Positions 9,658 to 20,252 of a stretch of DNA of 64,000 nt are shown here, in pieces (the first letter of the stretch is position 1; the number at the start of each line of letters is the position of its first letter). The translations under genes and the position numbers were made by a program. Below the pieces are notes generated by a model. That model was not told where the DNA came from. It saw only the letters and a program-made list of their open reading frames with translations, and searched no databases. The stretch comes from a virus (Duplodnaviria; Caudoviricetes), in IMG/VR virus record IMGVR_UViG_3300044266_000210, positions 67,513-131,512 of that record; one strand, given 5' to 3'.

Positions 9658-11643
9658 TTATCCGATAGGTTGTGTGTTAAACGCTATGTATGCTGTTCCT
9701 GAATTATCTAGACTATTTTGTACCACTAATCTATCGATAAAAAAGTCTAAATTATCAAAATTGAACTTAGATGCCTTAATTCTGCTTACAATTTTATGGG
9801 ATTCTCCGGGTAGCGTATAGCATAAAACCGCTGCCTTAAAGTAACCATAGGGCTGATTCGAGTCAACAGTTGTCATAAATTTAGGTAAATGATGTCCGTC
9901 AACAGAAATATTTGTGTTATCTGTTAGAGTTACAGATTCGAGACTGTTTCTTATATTATCTATACTACCGGGATAATAGGTGGTACCGTTTATTGAGATG
10001 CTAGATTTTGATCCATCAAGAGAATCTACAATGTCAACGTAGACTGCATCATAGATATGATTTCCTTTGCTGTCCTTTGCTATAGCCGATTTAACAGATC
10101 CAAAAGTTAGTCTTCTTAGATATAGATTTTGGTAAAGTGACTGTGCATAATCACTAATATTAATTTTTTCTATTCCAAATTCTAAAAATACTCTAAGATC
10201 TTTCTGTATTCCAAATGACGGATCGTCGCCTCTGTAGATTGTATCTGGTAAAAATATACTGTCATTGTTAATGAAACTTTCCCAGAAATTTCTCTGTGTT
10301 GGTGTAAGGAAGGGTTTAATCCAGATGCTGGTATAGTCTTTACTAACAGGCTTAACAGTTAAATTAAATGTGTTAAAAGACACAGGATGAGATAATACTG
10401 GCCATATTAGTTGAGATTCGACTCCGACATAACTAGCAGTACTGGCAGCAATTGTAAAGGAAAAATTTCCGCTGGTTGTTGCATTTCCGATCAGATGTCC
10501 TGTGCTGGTAGATAGATGTAATCCTTCTGGCAAATTTGCATCTGGCACTACAAAATAGTTTAATGGATATGTGTCATCATACTGCTTGGCAGTAACAGAT
10601 AATTCACTGGGTAGACCTTCGGTAAGCACTCCTAGAGAAGACAATGGCCATTTTACATTATTATACCATTGATTAACCACAGTTAGATAAAAAGTTCCAG
10701 TTTGCGATACAGTATTCTTTAAGGAAATATCTGTCTTAGTTGCCTTAACTCTAAAATTATATCTATGAGAATAATCTGCCTGTGGACTTAGTTGTCCGTA
10801 GAGATAACCAAGTGTAGGATCTAGGGATAATCCTGCTGGGGGTGTGTCTAATAGTGTGTAGACAACTGGACCTTTTCCGGGATTAGGATCAAATGCACTG
10901 ACATTTATATATTGTTTTTCGTTGGCTAGTGCTATACCTAAATCGGGGCTTCTAATAAATTCCGGCGCCTGTAGAGACGAGTATGAAACTGTTCCTGTGT
11001 TGCCTAGATCAATAATACCTACAGTCTGATCGCCTAAAATAAAATTTGTGTTATCAACTGTAAAACTAACACTATCAATAATATCAAAAATAAATGTCTG
11101 ACGGTGATCTTTTACCCCGTCAGTGGCTACAATATCAACTCTATATGCTTCCGCTTGGTTTGGAGACAAAATAAGGTTTGGCATTCCATATATTTTTCCT
11201 TCTTTTGTCATAGAAAGACCGAATGGTAATCGACCTGTTGTTTTGTCTACATAGTAGGTAACAGGATGGTCAACATTAGCATTTAAATTAATTTCAATGT
11301 AATCTTTATTAATTAATAATTTTTTAAGAACGGATCCGCTTAGAGAAAATCCATCTGCGCCCCAAAGAGGTACATCTGGTTTTATAACTTCTATGTGAAA
11401 AGTTCTATCTCTTAGAGATGCTGTATTTGCTGCTCGTACAACAAATGTTGATGTAGTACTGTTTTCGACGTAGTCAATAGTTCCATAGATGGTTCCCGTT
11501 GACGAAAAGTCAAGACCATCGGGCAGTTTGCCACTAATGATACTGTATAAAGAAGCATCCTCTGCAACAACGGTCGTAGATGTACTCAACCCAATTGTGG
11601 TTGTGAATAGTAAACCCGTGGGTGTTGTCCATCTTAAAGCCAT
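9658..11643 (-). CDS. Virion structural protein with putative Ig-like (He_PIG) repeats
   Basis: Repeated LPxGLxLxxxGxIxG motifs. Confidence 0.75.
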   Translation of the reverse strand: MALRWTTPTGLLFTTTIGLSTSTTVVAEDASLYSIISGKLPDGLDFSSTGTIYGTIDYVENSTTSTFVVRAANTASLRDRTFHIEVIKPDVPLWGADGFSLSGSVLKKLLINKDYIEINLNANVDHPVTYYVDKTTGRLPFGLSMTKEGKIYGMPNLILSPNQAEAYRVDIVATDGVKDHRQTFIFDIIDSVSFTVDNTNFILGDQTVGIIDLGNTGTVSYSSLQAPEFIRSPDLGIALANEKQYINVSAFDPNPGKGPVVYTLLDTPPAGLSLDPTLGYLYGQLSPQADYSHRYNFRVKATKTDISLKNTVSQTGTFYLTVVNQWYNNVKWPLSSLGVLTEGLPSELSVTAKQYDDTYPLNYFVVPDANLPEGLHLSTSTGHLIGNATTSGNFSFTIAASTASYVGVESQLIWPVLSHPVSFNTFNLTVKPVSKDYTSIWIKPFLTPTQRNFWESFINNDSIFLPDTIYRGDDPSFGIQKDLRVFLEFGIEKINISDYAQSLYQNLYLRRLTFGSVKSAIAKDSKGNHIYDAVYVDIVDSLDGSKSSISINGTTYYPGSIDNIRNSLESVTLTDNTNISVDGHHLPKFMTTVDSNQPYGYFKAAVLCYTLPGESHKIVSRIKASKFNFDNLDFFIDRLVVQNSLDNSGTAYIAFNTQPIG

Positions 11644-11657
11644 AGTATACTATTTAA

Positions 11658-11912
11658 TCAACCGCCAGAAGGTTGAGCACCGACACCGTCGCCGGGAATT
11701 CCTGCCTGTACATCGTATCCGGCGTTATTCAATTCTGTTAGTACGATGTTATAAAGTTCTGAATTTAGCGTTTGATAAATTCCAGGAACATCGATGTGAA
11801 GGTGATCTAGCACCTTGGTAATAGAGCCAGTTTTTTCTACAATATGTAGACTTACCCGAGTTGTTTGGTTTGGAAACTCAACCGCCACTGTAAAAATATT
11901 AATTGTTCTCAT
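11658..11912 (-). CDS. Hypothetical tail-region protein
   Basis: ORF in tail operon. Confidence 0.6.
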   Translation of the reverse strand: MRTINIFTVAVEFPNQTTRVSLHIVEKTGSITKVLDHLHIDVPGIYQTLNSELYNIVLTELNNAGYDVQAGIPGDGVGAQPSGG

Positions 11913-12433
11913 ATAAATCTTCCATAATAAAGTGTGTAAGCATAGGTTAATCCCATGTTACCGTTAGTATTTGTGCTATCTGTGGGCCATAGTCCGCCTG
12001 GCACAACATTGTTTGTGTTATCAGCATATTGCCATTCTTCTCTAAATCCTATGCCACCTGCGTACATCATTGGAGTCACAATATACGACCCTCGTAGAGA
12101 GTTGTTATTGATATAGAATCTTAAAAGAATAGATCCTGTTAAAAATACAGGACTATTTATTTGTAAGTCTGTTCTAGTAGGATTACCTGTTATTTTAAAC
12201 CAAGCCCAAACAAAAGAATTGGCAGACTGATAATAGCTTTTTGAATCTACAATATTATCAGTTACAGTGTTAACATATACACCACCGTTGGCAGTTATAG
12301 CGGCATTTGTGCTGTTAAACGATCCAGAAACGCTACTCAGGATGTGAGGCATCCTGTAAGAGGTGTCAAAAATAGTTTGACTGCCGTTACTTATTTTTAT
12401 AGAGTTTGCACTGGCGTTAAATCTATCTACCAT
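11909..12433 (-). CDS. Tail-associated protein
   Basis: N/S/T-rich beta-type ORF with IFDT motif. Confidence 0.6.
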   Translation of the reverse strand: MVDRFNASANSIKISNGSQTIFDTSYRMPHILSSVSGSFNSTNAAITANGGVYVNTVTDNIVDSKSYYQSANSFVWAWFKITGNPTRTDLQINSPVFLTGSILLRFYINNNSLRGSYIVTPMMYAGGIGFREEWQYADNTNNVVPGGLWPTDSTNTNGNMGLTYAYTLYYGRFI

Positions 12434-12435
12434 GA

Positions 12436-12780
12436 TTAAACTGAACTTGCTGGGTTCTCCGTGTTGGATTGTAAGTAGTCAACAAAGCTATCGCTGGTGA
12501 TACTTGGATTTAATGCCCGCATAGGCATAATATAGGTATCAAAGGTAACAGGAACTCCTGCTACGTAATATAGGTTATGTATAATTATCTGTTGCCCGTT
12601 GAGTTGCCACGTTAGGTTACCGCCTGAGCTACGCATGGTAGGTGATACAGGCCATATAATTGTTCCTGCAGGGTCGTAGGTTAGATAGTTGTAGTCTGTA
12701 CTAAAAATTGTACTACCATCCGCGGCACGAGTGATAGTTACCGCAGATGGTGTAATGTTAATTGAGTATGTATCTGGCAT
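12436..12780 (-). CDS. Tail-associated protein
   Basis: IFSTD motif resembles neighbour; tail operon. Confidence 0.6.
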   Translation of the reverse strand: MPDTYSINITPSAVTITRAADGSTIFSTDYNYLTYDPAGTIIWPVSPTMRSSGGNLTWQLNGQQIIIHNLYYVAGVPVTFDTYIMPMRALNPSITSDSFVDYLQSNTENPASSV

Positions 12781-12786
12781 AATTTA

Positions 12787-13839
12787 TTAAGGTGCAATGT
12801 AAAAACTTACCACCCCTCCCCATTGATCTCCAAAAGTTTGTCCTGTGACTGTATTGGTAAACCTTACAGCATATCTTGGAGTATAATATACATATTTGTT
12901 TTTACCAATAGCATCTGTTTTTGCTATATCTGTGACCTGCACGCTCATTGTCCATGTTGTTTGTTGAGTTGGATAGGTATAAGTCTGACCGGCTGCATAT
13001 GATGTACCATATGGGTCGTAAGGAGTTACAGCTTGGTTATTGATATATATTATTTTATAAGGATTTCCGTAAGAAGTAGGAGCACCTCCGCCAAATCTAT
13101 ATACCTCAACTTTGTCAAAAGTTTGCCCTTGCTGTGCTGTAAATGTAACTGTATTATTTGAAGCTCTTCCCCGTGCTGGTGCCGCATAAGCACTTACGTC
13201 ATTAAAGGTTGTTGGACTATGTAGAATGGCCAACGCACTTGATGCATTAATGCTGGTAGGGTTATTATAGAAATATGCTGTACAGTTTAAAGTTGTAGCA
13301 GGAAGGCTATTTTGATATACCTGATATCTTTCTCTTAATATCAAGTATTGGTCAGTAGAATATACTACTCCTAGCCTAAAGCTGTTGTTACTTTGATACT
13401 GTAGAGGAACACTGCCTGCAATAGGAGCACCGTTACCTAATAATGTTCCTCCTGTACTAGATGCACTATTCAGATACATGCTAAATGCCGGAGGTGGACT
13501 TCCGTAACTATGTTGGTAAATGACCCAGTCGGCGTATCCGTTATAGCTGGTTAGTTTACTACCGCCCTTTTTTCCTCCCCCGCTGGCTCTTGTATTTCTA
13601 TCTGGCAGGTTAACAGTGAAATTAACCGCAGACCTAACACGCATATAGTCGAAGCTAGAATGGAAGAATATCTTATCTAGATTCCCTAAAGGGTTTGAAA
13701 GTATTGTTGCATCTCCCCCTCCAAAAATTGATATAGTAGGAGACCCACCGTAGTTGCCTATGTATAAACTTTTAGAAGTAGTTGCCGTTGAATTGTTCGC
13801 CAGCGTAGTTGCATCAATATTGAGTAAATTACTGGCCAT
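12787..13839 (-). CDS. Tail-associated protein
   Basis: S/T/N/G-rich 350-aa ORF in tail operon. Confidence 0.65.
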   Translation of the reverse strand: MASNLLNIDATTLANNSTATTSKSLYIGNYGGSPTISIFGGGDATILSNPLGNLDKIFFHSSFDYMRVRSAVNFTVNLPDRNTRASGGGKKGGSKLTSYNGYADWVIYQHSYGSPPPAFSMYLNSASSTGGTLLGNGAPIAGSVPLQYQSNNSFRLGVVYSTDQYLILRERYQVYQNSLPATTLNCTAYFYNNPTSINASSALAILHSPTTFNDVSAYAAPARGRASNNTVTFTAQQGQTFDKVEVYRFGGGAPTSYGNPYKIIYINNQAVTPYDPYGTSYAAGQTYTYPTQQTTWTMSVQVTDIAKTDAIGKNKYVYYTPRYAVRFTNTVTGQTFGDQWGGVVSFYIAP

Positions 13840-14467
13840 ATCTTAGAACACCTACTAAATTTATTTTATATGCTCCGTCATATGGTTCTATACAGCTGAT
13901 TCTTCCTAGCATATGGTGTAGCATCATTCCGTCACCCATATAGATGGCACTATGACTAGGTGCTCCTGTGTCAAATCTAAATAGAAGGACATCGTCCTTT
14001 TTAATGTAATCCCGTGTTTCAAAAAATCCATAATTAGAAAAATTATCTGTGTACAGGTCCCTGCCCATAAACCACCAACCGAATGATCTGTCAATGTTTG
14101 ATGGAAGATAGACATTATAATTATCTCTGAAATAATCTCGTATCAGAGTAAAGCAGTCTGTTAACCCATAGATATAAATTCTATCTTCATACCCAATTTT
14201 TTCTAGGTATCTATCCGGTAAAAAACTTTTACTATTGTTTGGATTGTCTGCAGAGATAGCTGTATATACATAGTTATTTGCGTTCATCTCTTCGCGAATA
14301 TCATCTGGTACAGACATGTCAGTTACATTGGTCTGCATAATAGCAACTGTTTTATCTACTGCCGTAGGAGAAAACGCAAGTTTTCCTTGATAGTTGTACA
14401 GATAGCCTCGATTACCTGCTGCCGTGCAAGCATCGGTTATAATAGTAGGGATTTCGATTCCGAACAT
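13829..14467 (-). CDS. NlpC/P60 tail assembly protein (lambda gpK-like)
   Basis: DCFTLIRDYF catalytic Cys, HSAIYMGDGMMLHH. Confidence 0.85.
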   Translation of the reverse strand: MFGIEIPTIITDACTAAGNRGYLYNYQGKLAFSPTAVDKTVAIMQTNVTDMSVPDDIREEMNANNYVYTAISADNPNNSKSFLPDRYLEKIGYEDRIYIYGLTDCFTLIRDYFRDNYNVYLPSNIDRSFGWWFMGRDLYTDNFSNYGFFETRDYIKKDDVLLFRFDTGAPSHSAIYMGDGMMLHHMLGRISCIEPYDGAYKINLVGVLRYGQ

Positions 14468-14479
14468 TTTATTCCTTTT

Positions 14480-17400
14480 TTATATAGTTATCTGTATAAA
14501 TTTGTTGGCAAAGTCAATCACGAATTTACCGTCTGTAGATTGAATCTTAACCCCTACACTGATTGTACCTGCTAGAATACTACCAGCAGCCACGGTTCCG
14601 ATTTGAGCACTGCCAATGGCCGCACTAGCAATATATGTACTTGCGTTTGCAGAAGTGATACCGTCAATTAACCCCATTGCTTTACCACCAACACCTGCAT
14701 AGGTAACTTGACCGCCACCTGCACCACTCAGAGCACCGTTGCTTCCGATGCTGATAGCCATGTTAGAAACAGTGCTTCCTGCGCCAGTTCCAATACCCTG
14801 TAGTCTTCCGTTTACATCGACATTGATTGTTGAATTCAATACAGAACTAGGTGCGTTACTAGCGTCAGTTTTAATAGCACCAACACCTACGGCTGTAACC
14901 TGCCCGCCACCACCACCGCTCAATGTTCCATCACTACTAATGCTAATACCTCCGTTAGCAACTGCGGTACCGTTACCTGTACCAATACCACTAATTGCAT
15001 TTCCACTAATTGTAATTTGAGTGTTTTGAATTGCTTCGGTTCCAGCTAGAGAACTTAGGTTAGCAGGTCTACTACCTATGTTTGTACCCCATGTAGCACC
15101 GTAGGTAGCATTGGTATCTCCAGTAAATCCAACACCTGATAATGTAACCTGGCCACCTCCACCTCCGCTTAATGCACCGTTACTTGCAATGCTAATATTA
15201 CCGTTAGCTACCGCTGTGTTAGTTCCAGTTGCTACACCCTGGATCTTACCAGTACCGTCGACCCAAGATCTGTTAGCACCTAGATCTCCTGTATATCCTA
15301 GACCACCGATTGTAACACTACCACCGCCTGCACCACTTAGAGCACCGTTTGATCCGATGCTAATGCTACTATTCAACACACTAGAAGGTGCATTAGTTGC
15401 ATCTGTTTTAATAGCGCCAATACCTACAGGAGTAACTGTACCGCCACCTGCACCGCTAAGGACACCTCCTGCACTAATACTGATACTGCTGTTAAGGATG
15501 CTAGAAGGTGCATTAGATAAGCTAGTTGCAATAGCACCAATACCGGATGGAGTAACGTTGCTGTTCAACCAACCTGGGTCGGCACTAATATTTGAGTAGT
15601 TTAGCGCGGTGCCTGCGGCAAAGATAACATTACCTGCGGCGTCTTTAATACTTAGGCCTCTACTATCGATCTGAGTAGGTGTAACACTATTTGGAGCAAT
15701 TAAGCTACCAGTAATAACCACATTGGCCATTGTTACAGTATTGCCGTTTACAACGAACGGAGTATAGGCACCACCATTGGTGTACAACTTAAAGCTATCG
15801 GCCATTACAGTAAATGTACTGGTACCACCACTGCTGTTTAACTTGTATCCGCTGATAGCACCGTTTGTATTAACAGTTAGGCTATAGGTAGCGGTTAGTC
15901 CGTTAATAGTGCTGGCCTGTGTTTGTACACTAGCGTTCAATCCATTGTAACTACTCTGTAGTGTGTTGATACTGGTCGCTAAACTTCCAGTACTGTTACT
16001 TACGGCTGTATCAACATAGCTGATGTTAGCCTTGCTGCCTATTGCAGAGTATGCATTAGTTAAGCTGTTGTTGATATTTCCAATAGCATTGTTCTGGTTA
16101 GTTAGGCTGCTAGCCACATTGGTGTAACTTGTTTCTAAACTACTAGTTCTAGTTGCTAAACTTGCTGTACTATTACTGATAGCAGTTTGAAGGTTGCTAA
16201 TGGCTGCATTGTTAGAAATATTAATCCAGCTACCAGCATTGGTTAAGCTGTTGTTGATATTTCCAATAGTATTGTTCTGGTTAGTTAAACTATTAGCAAC
16301 ATTGGTATAGCTAGTCTGTAGACCACTTACGCTAGTAGCTAAACTACCTGTACTATTACTGATAGCGGTATTCATTGCTGTAATGGTTGCATAGTTACTT
16401 GCAACATTATTCACAATGTTAGTTAAACTATTGTTAATGTTAGTTAAACTACTATTAATACCTGTAATTTGTCCCTGCTGAGCACTGTAATTTGTCTGTA
16501 GAGTATTAACACTACTTGCTAGAGAACCGGTACTTGCGCTGATACTGTTCTGAAGATTTGTAATAGCCGCGTTACTATTAATATTAATCCAACTACCGGC
16601 ATTGGTCAAGCTGTTGTTAATATTACCTAGTGTGTTGTTTTGGTTAGTTAGACTGTTAGCAACATTGGTCAGTGTGCTATTGATATTGTTAATAGCAGTT
16701 TGCTGACTCGAGTAATTTGTCTGTAGCGTACCAACTGTACTGGCCAAGCTACCTGTGCTATTACTGATAGCATTTTGTGTAAAGGAAATTGTAGCAAAGC
16801 TGGTATTAAACACAGTTAACGAATTTAACACATTGGTCATTGAGTTGTTAAGTTGATTGATCTGTGTTTGTTGTGTCGAATAGTTTGTCTGTAGGCCACT
16901 TACACTACTTGCCAAACTGGCTGTGCTGTTACTGATAGCAGTCTGTAGGCTAGTAATACTAGCGTTATTGCTCAAGTTGGCCCAGTTACCTACATTGGTT
17001 ACACTATTGTTGATATTGGTTAGGCTATTATTAATACCTGTAATCTGACCTTGTTGACTGCTGTAGTTTGTCTGTAGAGTACTGACACTACTTGCCAAAC
17101 TTCCGGTACTTGCACTAATACTATTTTGTAGATTTGTAATGGCCGCATTACTACTTAGGTTAGCCCAATTACCCACATTGGTTAAGCTATTATTAATGTT
17201 GGTTAATGTATTAAGAACATTGGTTAACGACCCTTGTAGACCTGTAATAGTTCCTTGCTGAGTACTGTAGTTTGTCTGTAGGCCACTTACACTACTTGCC
17301 AAACTGGCTGTGCTGTTACTGATAGCAGTCTGTAGGTTTGTAATAGCCGCATTGTTGGTTAGGTTAACCCAGTTGGCCACATTGGTTAGACTGCTGTTGA

Positions 17401-19840
17401 CATTTGATAATGTACTGTTAATACCATTAATCTGTGTCTGCTGATTAGTATAGTTTGTTTGTAGACCTGCAACACTAGTTGCTAGCGATCCTGTGCTGTT
17501 TGTTATAGCGGTCTTGAGATCTGTAATAGCCGCATTACTACTTAGATTGACCCATGTAGCCACATTGGTCAAACTGTTATTCAATGTACCTAGAGTATTG
17601 TTCTGATTGGTTAAACTATTAGCAACATTGGTTAGCGTGTTATTGATGTTGTTGATAGTTGCCTGTTGACTACTATAATTTGTTTGTAGACTGTTAACCT
17701 GCGTAGCAATGCTGGCTGTAGAATTACTGATAGCACTTTGTAGGCTGGTAATACTAGCGTTGTTACTTAGGTTAGCCCATGAGCCTACATTGGTTAAACT
17801 ATTATTGATGCCAAGTATGGCCAAGTTATTTTGTAGGTTAGCCCACGAACCTGCATTGGTTAAGCTATTATTAATTGAAGTGACACTTGGATTGCTTGCT
17901 AGGTTAGCCCAGTATCCAACATTAGTCAAACTGCTGAATGCATTGGTTAGACTATTGTTAATGTTGGTTAGTGTGTTTTCAATACTGGTATAGTTTGTCT
18001 GTAGTGTACCTACAGTCGTTGCCAAACTTTGTGTACTGTTTGCTACGGCCTGTTGAACATAATCAACAGTTGCTCCTGTGCCTGTTGATAGTGTATTGAA
18101 TTGTGCCTTCAAGCTGTCAATGGCGCTAATAACATTGGTGAAGCTGTTACTGATTGCAACAACCTGATTTGTATAGGTAGCAACAGTTGTTACACTATTG
18201 GCAAGATCAACGAAGTTAGTTGCTAGTGTGTTTACTGCACTGGCTAAACTTCCTGTGCTGTTACTGATAGCATTTTGTGTATAAGAAATTGTAGCATAGG
18301 TTGTAACAAGGGTAGTTAGAGTATTGTTAATACCATCAATCTGTCCCTGTTGCACACTGAAATTGGTCTGTAATCCATTTATACTACTTGCCAGGCTTGC
18401 TGTACTGTTACTGATAGCATTTTGCAGACTGGTTATAGAACTGTTACCACTTAGGTTGACCCATGTAGCCACATTGGTTAGACTACCTGTTAGTCCGGTT
18501 AGGCTATTATTAATACCTGTAATCTGACCTTGCTGACTAGAGAAGTTTGTCTGAAGACTATTAACTTGAGAAGCGATACTGGCGGTGCTGTTACTGATAC
18601 TATTTTGCAAATTAGTAATAGCCGCATTACTAGCAATATTAATCCAACTGCCGGCGTTGGTTAGACTGCTGTTTATTCCTAAGATAGCAGGGTTACTGTG
18701 AATATCTACCCATCCGCTAACGTTGGTTAGACTATTGTTTATGGTATTGAAATTAGTTTCTAGACCGCTGACCTTTAGGGCAATACTTGCGGTGGCATTG
18801 CTGATAGCACTACTAACATCTGTAATATTAGCTTTAGAATTTACTGCCGATGTTAGATTTGTTAGGCTACCTTGTAAACTGGTAAATTGTGTATCAAGAC
18901 CTGCAACGTGTGTAGCAATACTGGCAGTGGCATTGCTGATAGCAAATTGAACATCCGTGATATTTGCCTTGGCGTTGATTACAGAATTAAGCTGTGTAAG
19001 TGTACCTTGTAGTTGAGTAAACTGAGTGTCTAATCCAGAAACTTTTAATGCCAGACTGGAAGTACTGTTGCTAATTGCAAGCTGAACATCAGTAATATTT
19101 GCCTTGGAATTTACAACAGAAATTAATCCGGTTAAACTGCCTTGAATCTTTGTAAAGTTTGTATCTAGTCCCGATACTCTGGTTGCCAAACTTGCTGTAC
19201 TGTTACTAACTGCAAATTGTACATCGGATATACTGGCCTTACTGTCAACAACAGAAATTAAGCCGGTTAAACTGTTATTAATATTTGTATACCCAGTTTG
19301 TAGCCCAGAAACACTCAGTGCTAAACTTTGTGTACTATCATGAACAACCTGTTGTAACTGTAGAATACTGGCTTTGCTTGAAACAGTATTCTGTAAACTG
19401 GTTAAAGAGTTTGTTAAATTTGTATAGCCAGAATTTATTGTGTTAAATTGGCTTTGAAAACTTGCGGTGCTATTTGTTACTAACCCAACAACTTGTTGTA
19501 ATTGCTGAGGTGTTAATGTTGTGTTTGTGCTAACACTGGTTCCTGTGATACCTAGACCGGAAAGGAAAGAACTAAAAGTAGACGAATTTTCTGCTAGAAT
19601 ACCTAAAAGAGTATCATATCCAATGGATCCTGCGGTGATTCCAAGGTTACCTAGTAAACTTGAAAAGCTCGCAGTATTCTCTGCCAATATTGCAGCCAGT
19701 GAGTCATAGCTTAATCCTGTGGGATTAACTGTTCCGTATATCTCTGAAAAGTTATTGTTGACCTTCTCGAACGCCGATAATATGCTATCGCCTGTTCCGC
19801 TATTTGGTCCTTGGCCAAGATTAATTAACTGTAAACTCAT
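14480..19840 (-). CDS. Long tail fibre, Asn/Ser/Thr-rich coiled-coil repeats, gpJ-like/DUF1983-like segment and Gly-rich C-terminal repeats
   Basis: N-terminal IN.G.GPNSGTGD..L.AF.KVN.NF.EIY attachment motif; many ~48-62 aa repeats; STFTVMADSF segment; ISIxSNGALSGAGGGQVT repeats. Confidence 0.85.
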   Translation of the reverse strand: MSLQLINLGQGPNSGTGDSILSAFEKVNNNFSEIYGTVNPTGLSYDSLAAILAENTASFSSLLGNLGITAGSIGYDTLLGILAENSSTFSSFLSGLGITGTSVSTNTTLTPQQLQQVVGLVTNSTASFQSQFNTINSGYTNLTNSLTSLQNTVSSKASILQLQQVVHDSTQSLALSVSGLQTGYTNINNSLTGLISVVDSKASISDVQFAVSNSTASLATRVSGLDTNFTKIQGSLTGLISVVNSKANITDVQLAISNSTSSLALKVSGLDTQFTQLQGTLTQLNSVINAKANITDVQFAISNATASIATHVAGLDTQFTSLQGSLTNLTSAVNSKANITDVSSAISNATASIALKVSGLETNFNTINNSLTNVSGWVDIHSNPAILGINSSLTNAGSWINIASNAAITNLQNSISNSTASIASQVNSLQTNFSSQQGQITGINNSLTGLTGSLTNVATWVNLSGNSSITSLQNAISNSTASLASSINGLQTNFSVQQGQIDGINNTLTTLVTTYATISYTQNAISNSTGSLASAVNTLATNFVDLANSVTTVATYTNQVVAISNSFTNVISAIDSLKAQFNTLSTGTGATVDYVQQAVANSTQSLATTVGTLQTNYTSIENTLTNINNSLTNAFSSLTNVGYWANLASNPSVTSINNSLTNAGSWANLQNNLAILGINNSLTNVGSWANLSNNASITSLQSAISNSTASIATQVNSLQTNYSSQQATINNINNTLTNVANSLTNQNNTLGTLNNSLTNVATWVNLSSNAAITDLKTAITNSTGSLATSVAGLQTNYTNQQTQINGINSTLSNVNSSLTNVANWVNLTNNAAITNLQTAISNSTASLASSVSGLQTNYSTQQGTITGLQGSLTNVLNTLTNINNSLTNVGNWANLSSNAAITNLQNSISASTGSLASSVSTLQTNYSSQQGQITGINNSLTNINNSVTNVGNWANLSNNASITSLQTAISNSTASLASSVSGLQTNYSTQQTQINQLNNSMTNVLNSLTVFNTSFATISFTQNAISNSTGSLASTVGTLQTNYSSQQTAINNINSTLTNVANSLTNQNNTLGNINNSLTNAGSWININSNAAITNLQNSISASTGSLASSVNTLQTNYSAQQGQITGINSSLTNINNSLTNIVNNVASNYATITAMNTAISNSTGSLATSVSGLQTSYTNVANSLTNQNNTIGNINNSLTNAGSWINISNNAAISNLQTAISNSTASLATRTSSLETSYTNVASSLTNQNNAIGNINNSLTNAYSAIGSKANISYVDTAVSNSTGSLATSINTLQSSYNGLNASVQTQASTINGLTATYSLTVNTNGAISGYKLNSSGGTSTFTVMADSFKLYTNGGAYTPFVVNGNTVTMANVVITGSLIAPNSVTPTQIDSRGLSIKDAAGNVIFAAGTALNYSNISADPGWLNSNVTPSGIGAIATSLSNAPSSILNSSISISAGGVLSGAGGGTVTPVGIGAIKTDATNAPSSVLNSSISIGSNGALSGAGGGSVTIGGLGYTGDLGANRSWVDGTGKIQGVATGTNTAVANGNISIASNGALSGGGGGQVTLSGVGFTGDTNATYGATWGTNIGSRPANLSSLAGTEAIQNTQITISGNAISGIGTGNGTAVANGGISISSDGTLSGGGGGQVTAVGVGAIKTDASNAPSSVLNSTINVDVNGRLQGIGTGAGSTVSNMAISIGSNGALSGAGGGQVTYAGVGGKAMGLIDGITSANASTYIASAAIGSAQIGTVAAGSILAGTISVGVKIQSTDGKFVIDFANKFIQITI
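16881..17336. repeat. Perfect 69-nt direct repeat inside fibre gene (16881-16949 and 17268-17336)
   Basis: Identical sequence TAGTTTGTCTGTAGGCC...GCAGTCTGTAGG, offset 387 nt. Confidence 0.85.
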
Positions 19841-19897
19841 TGATTTTCCTCAATAAAACCGCTTTTTGTTATTTACCAAAAACACGGTTTTACCAAA

Positions 19898-20122
19898 TCA
19901 GTGAATTGTTTTATTGTGCAATTCGTGTATGTCGTCGATCCCGAACAGCTCAAGAATCATTTGAACTTCGTCGGGCATGTTGTCCATGAAATGTTGTGGA
20001 ATAGAAAAAGATTTTAATCTACCATCTGAGCCGAGCGTGAAAGTAAAATCATCGGCTGCGTCTTCGTTAGTTTCTTCGTACTCGTCGATGAGTACGTCTG
20101 TGGATTGTATGCTATTGGGCAT
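19898..20122 (-). CDS. Small acidic hypothetical protein
   Basis: ORF with SD GGAG. Confidence 0.6.
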   Translation of the reverse strand: MPNSIQSTDVLIDEYEETNEDAADDFTFTLGSDGRLKSFSIPQHFMDNMPDEVQMILELFGIDDIHELHNKTIH

Positions 20123-20252
20123 TATAGAACTCCAAAAAGATTATTTGGTAGATAACTACCTAGTTAATATGGTTGTGTTGCCCTCCACTTTTTGTACACA
20201 GGTATTTATAGCCTGTTAAATATATTCACATTTTATGTAAAGGAATCCATAT

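Noticed and set aside
15900-19400. Repeats considered as a CRISPR array or DGR template/variable pair
   Set aside because: They are in-frame protein repeats with no unique spacers, and no cas or reverse transcriptase gene is in the window
14739-19709. Several plus-strand ORFs inside the long fibre gene
   Set aside because: Antisense shadows of a repetitive coding sequence, with no start signals
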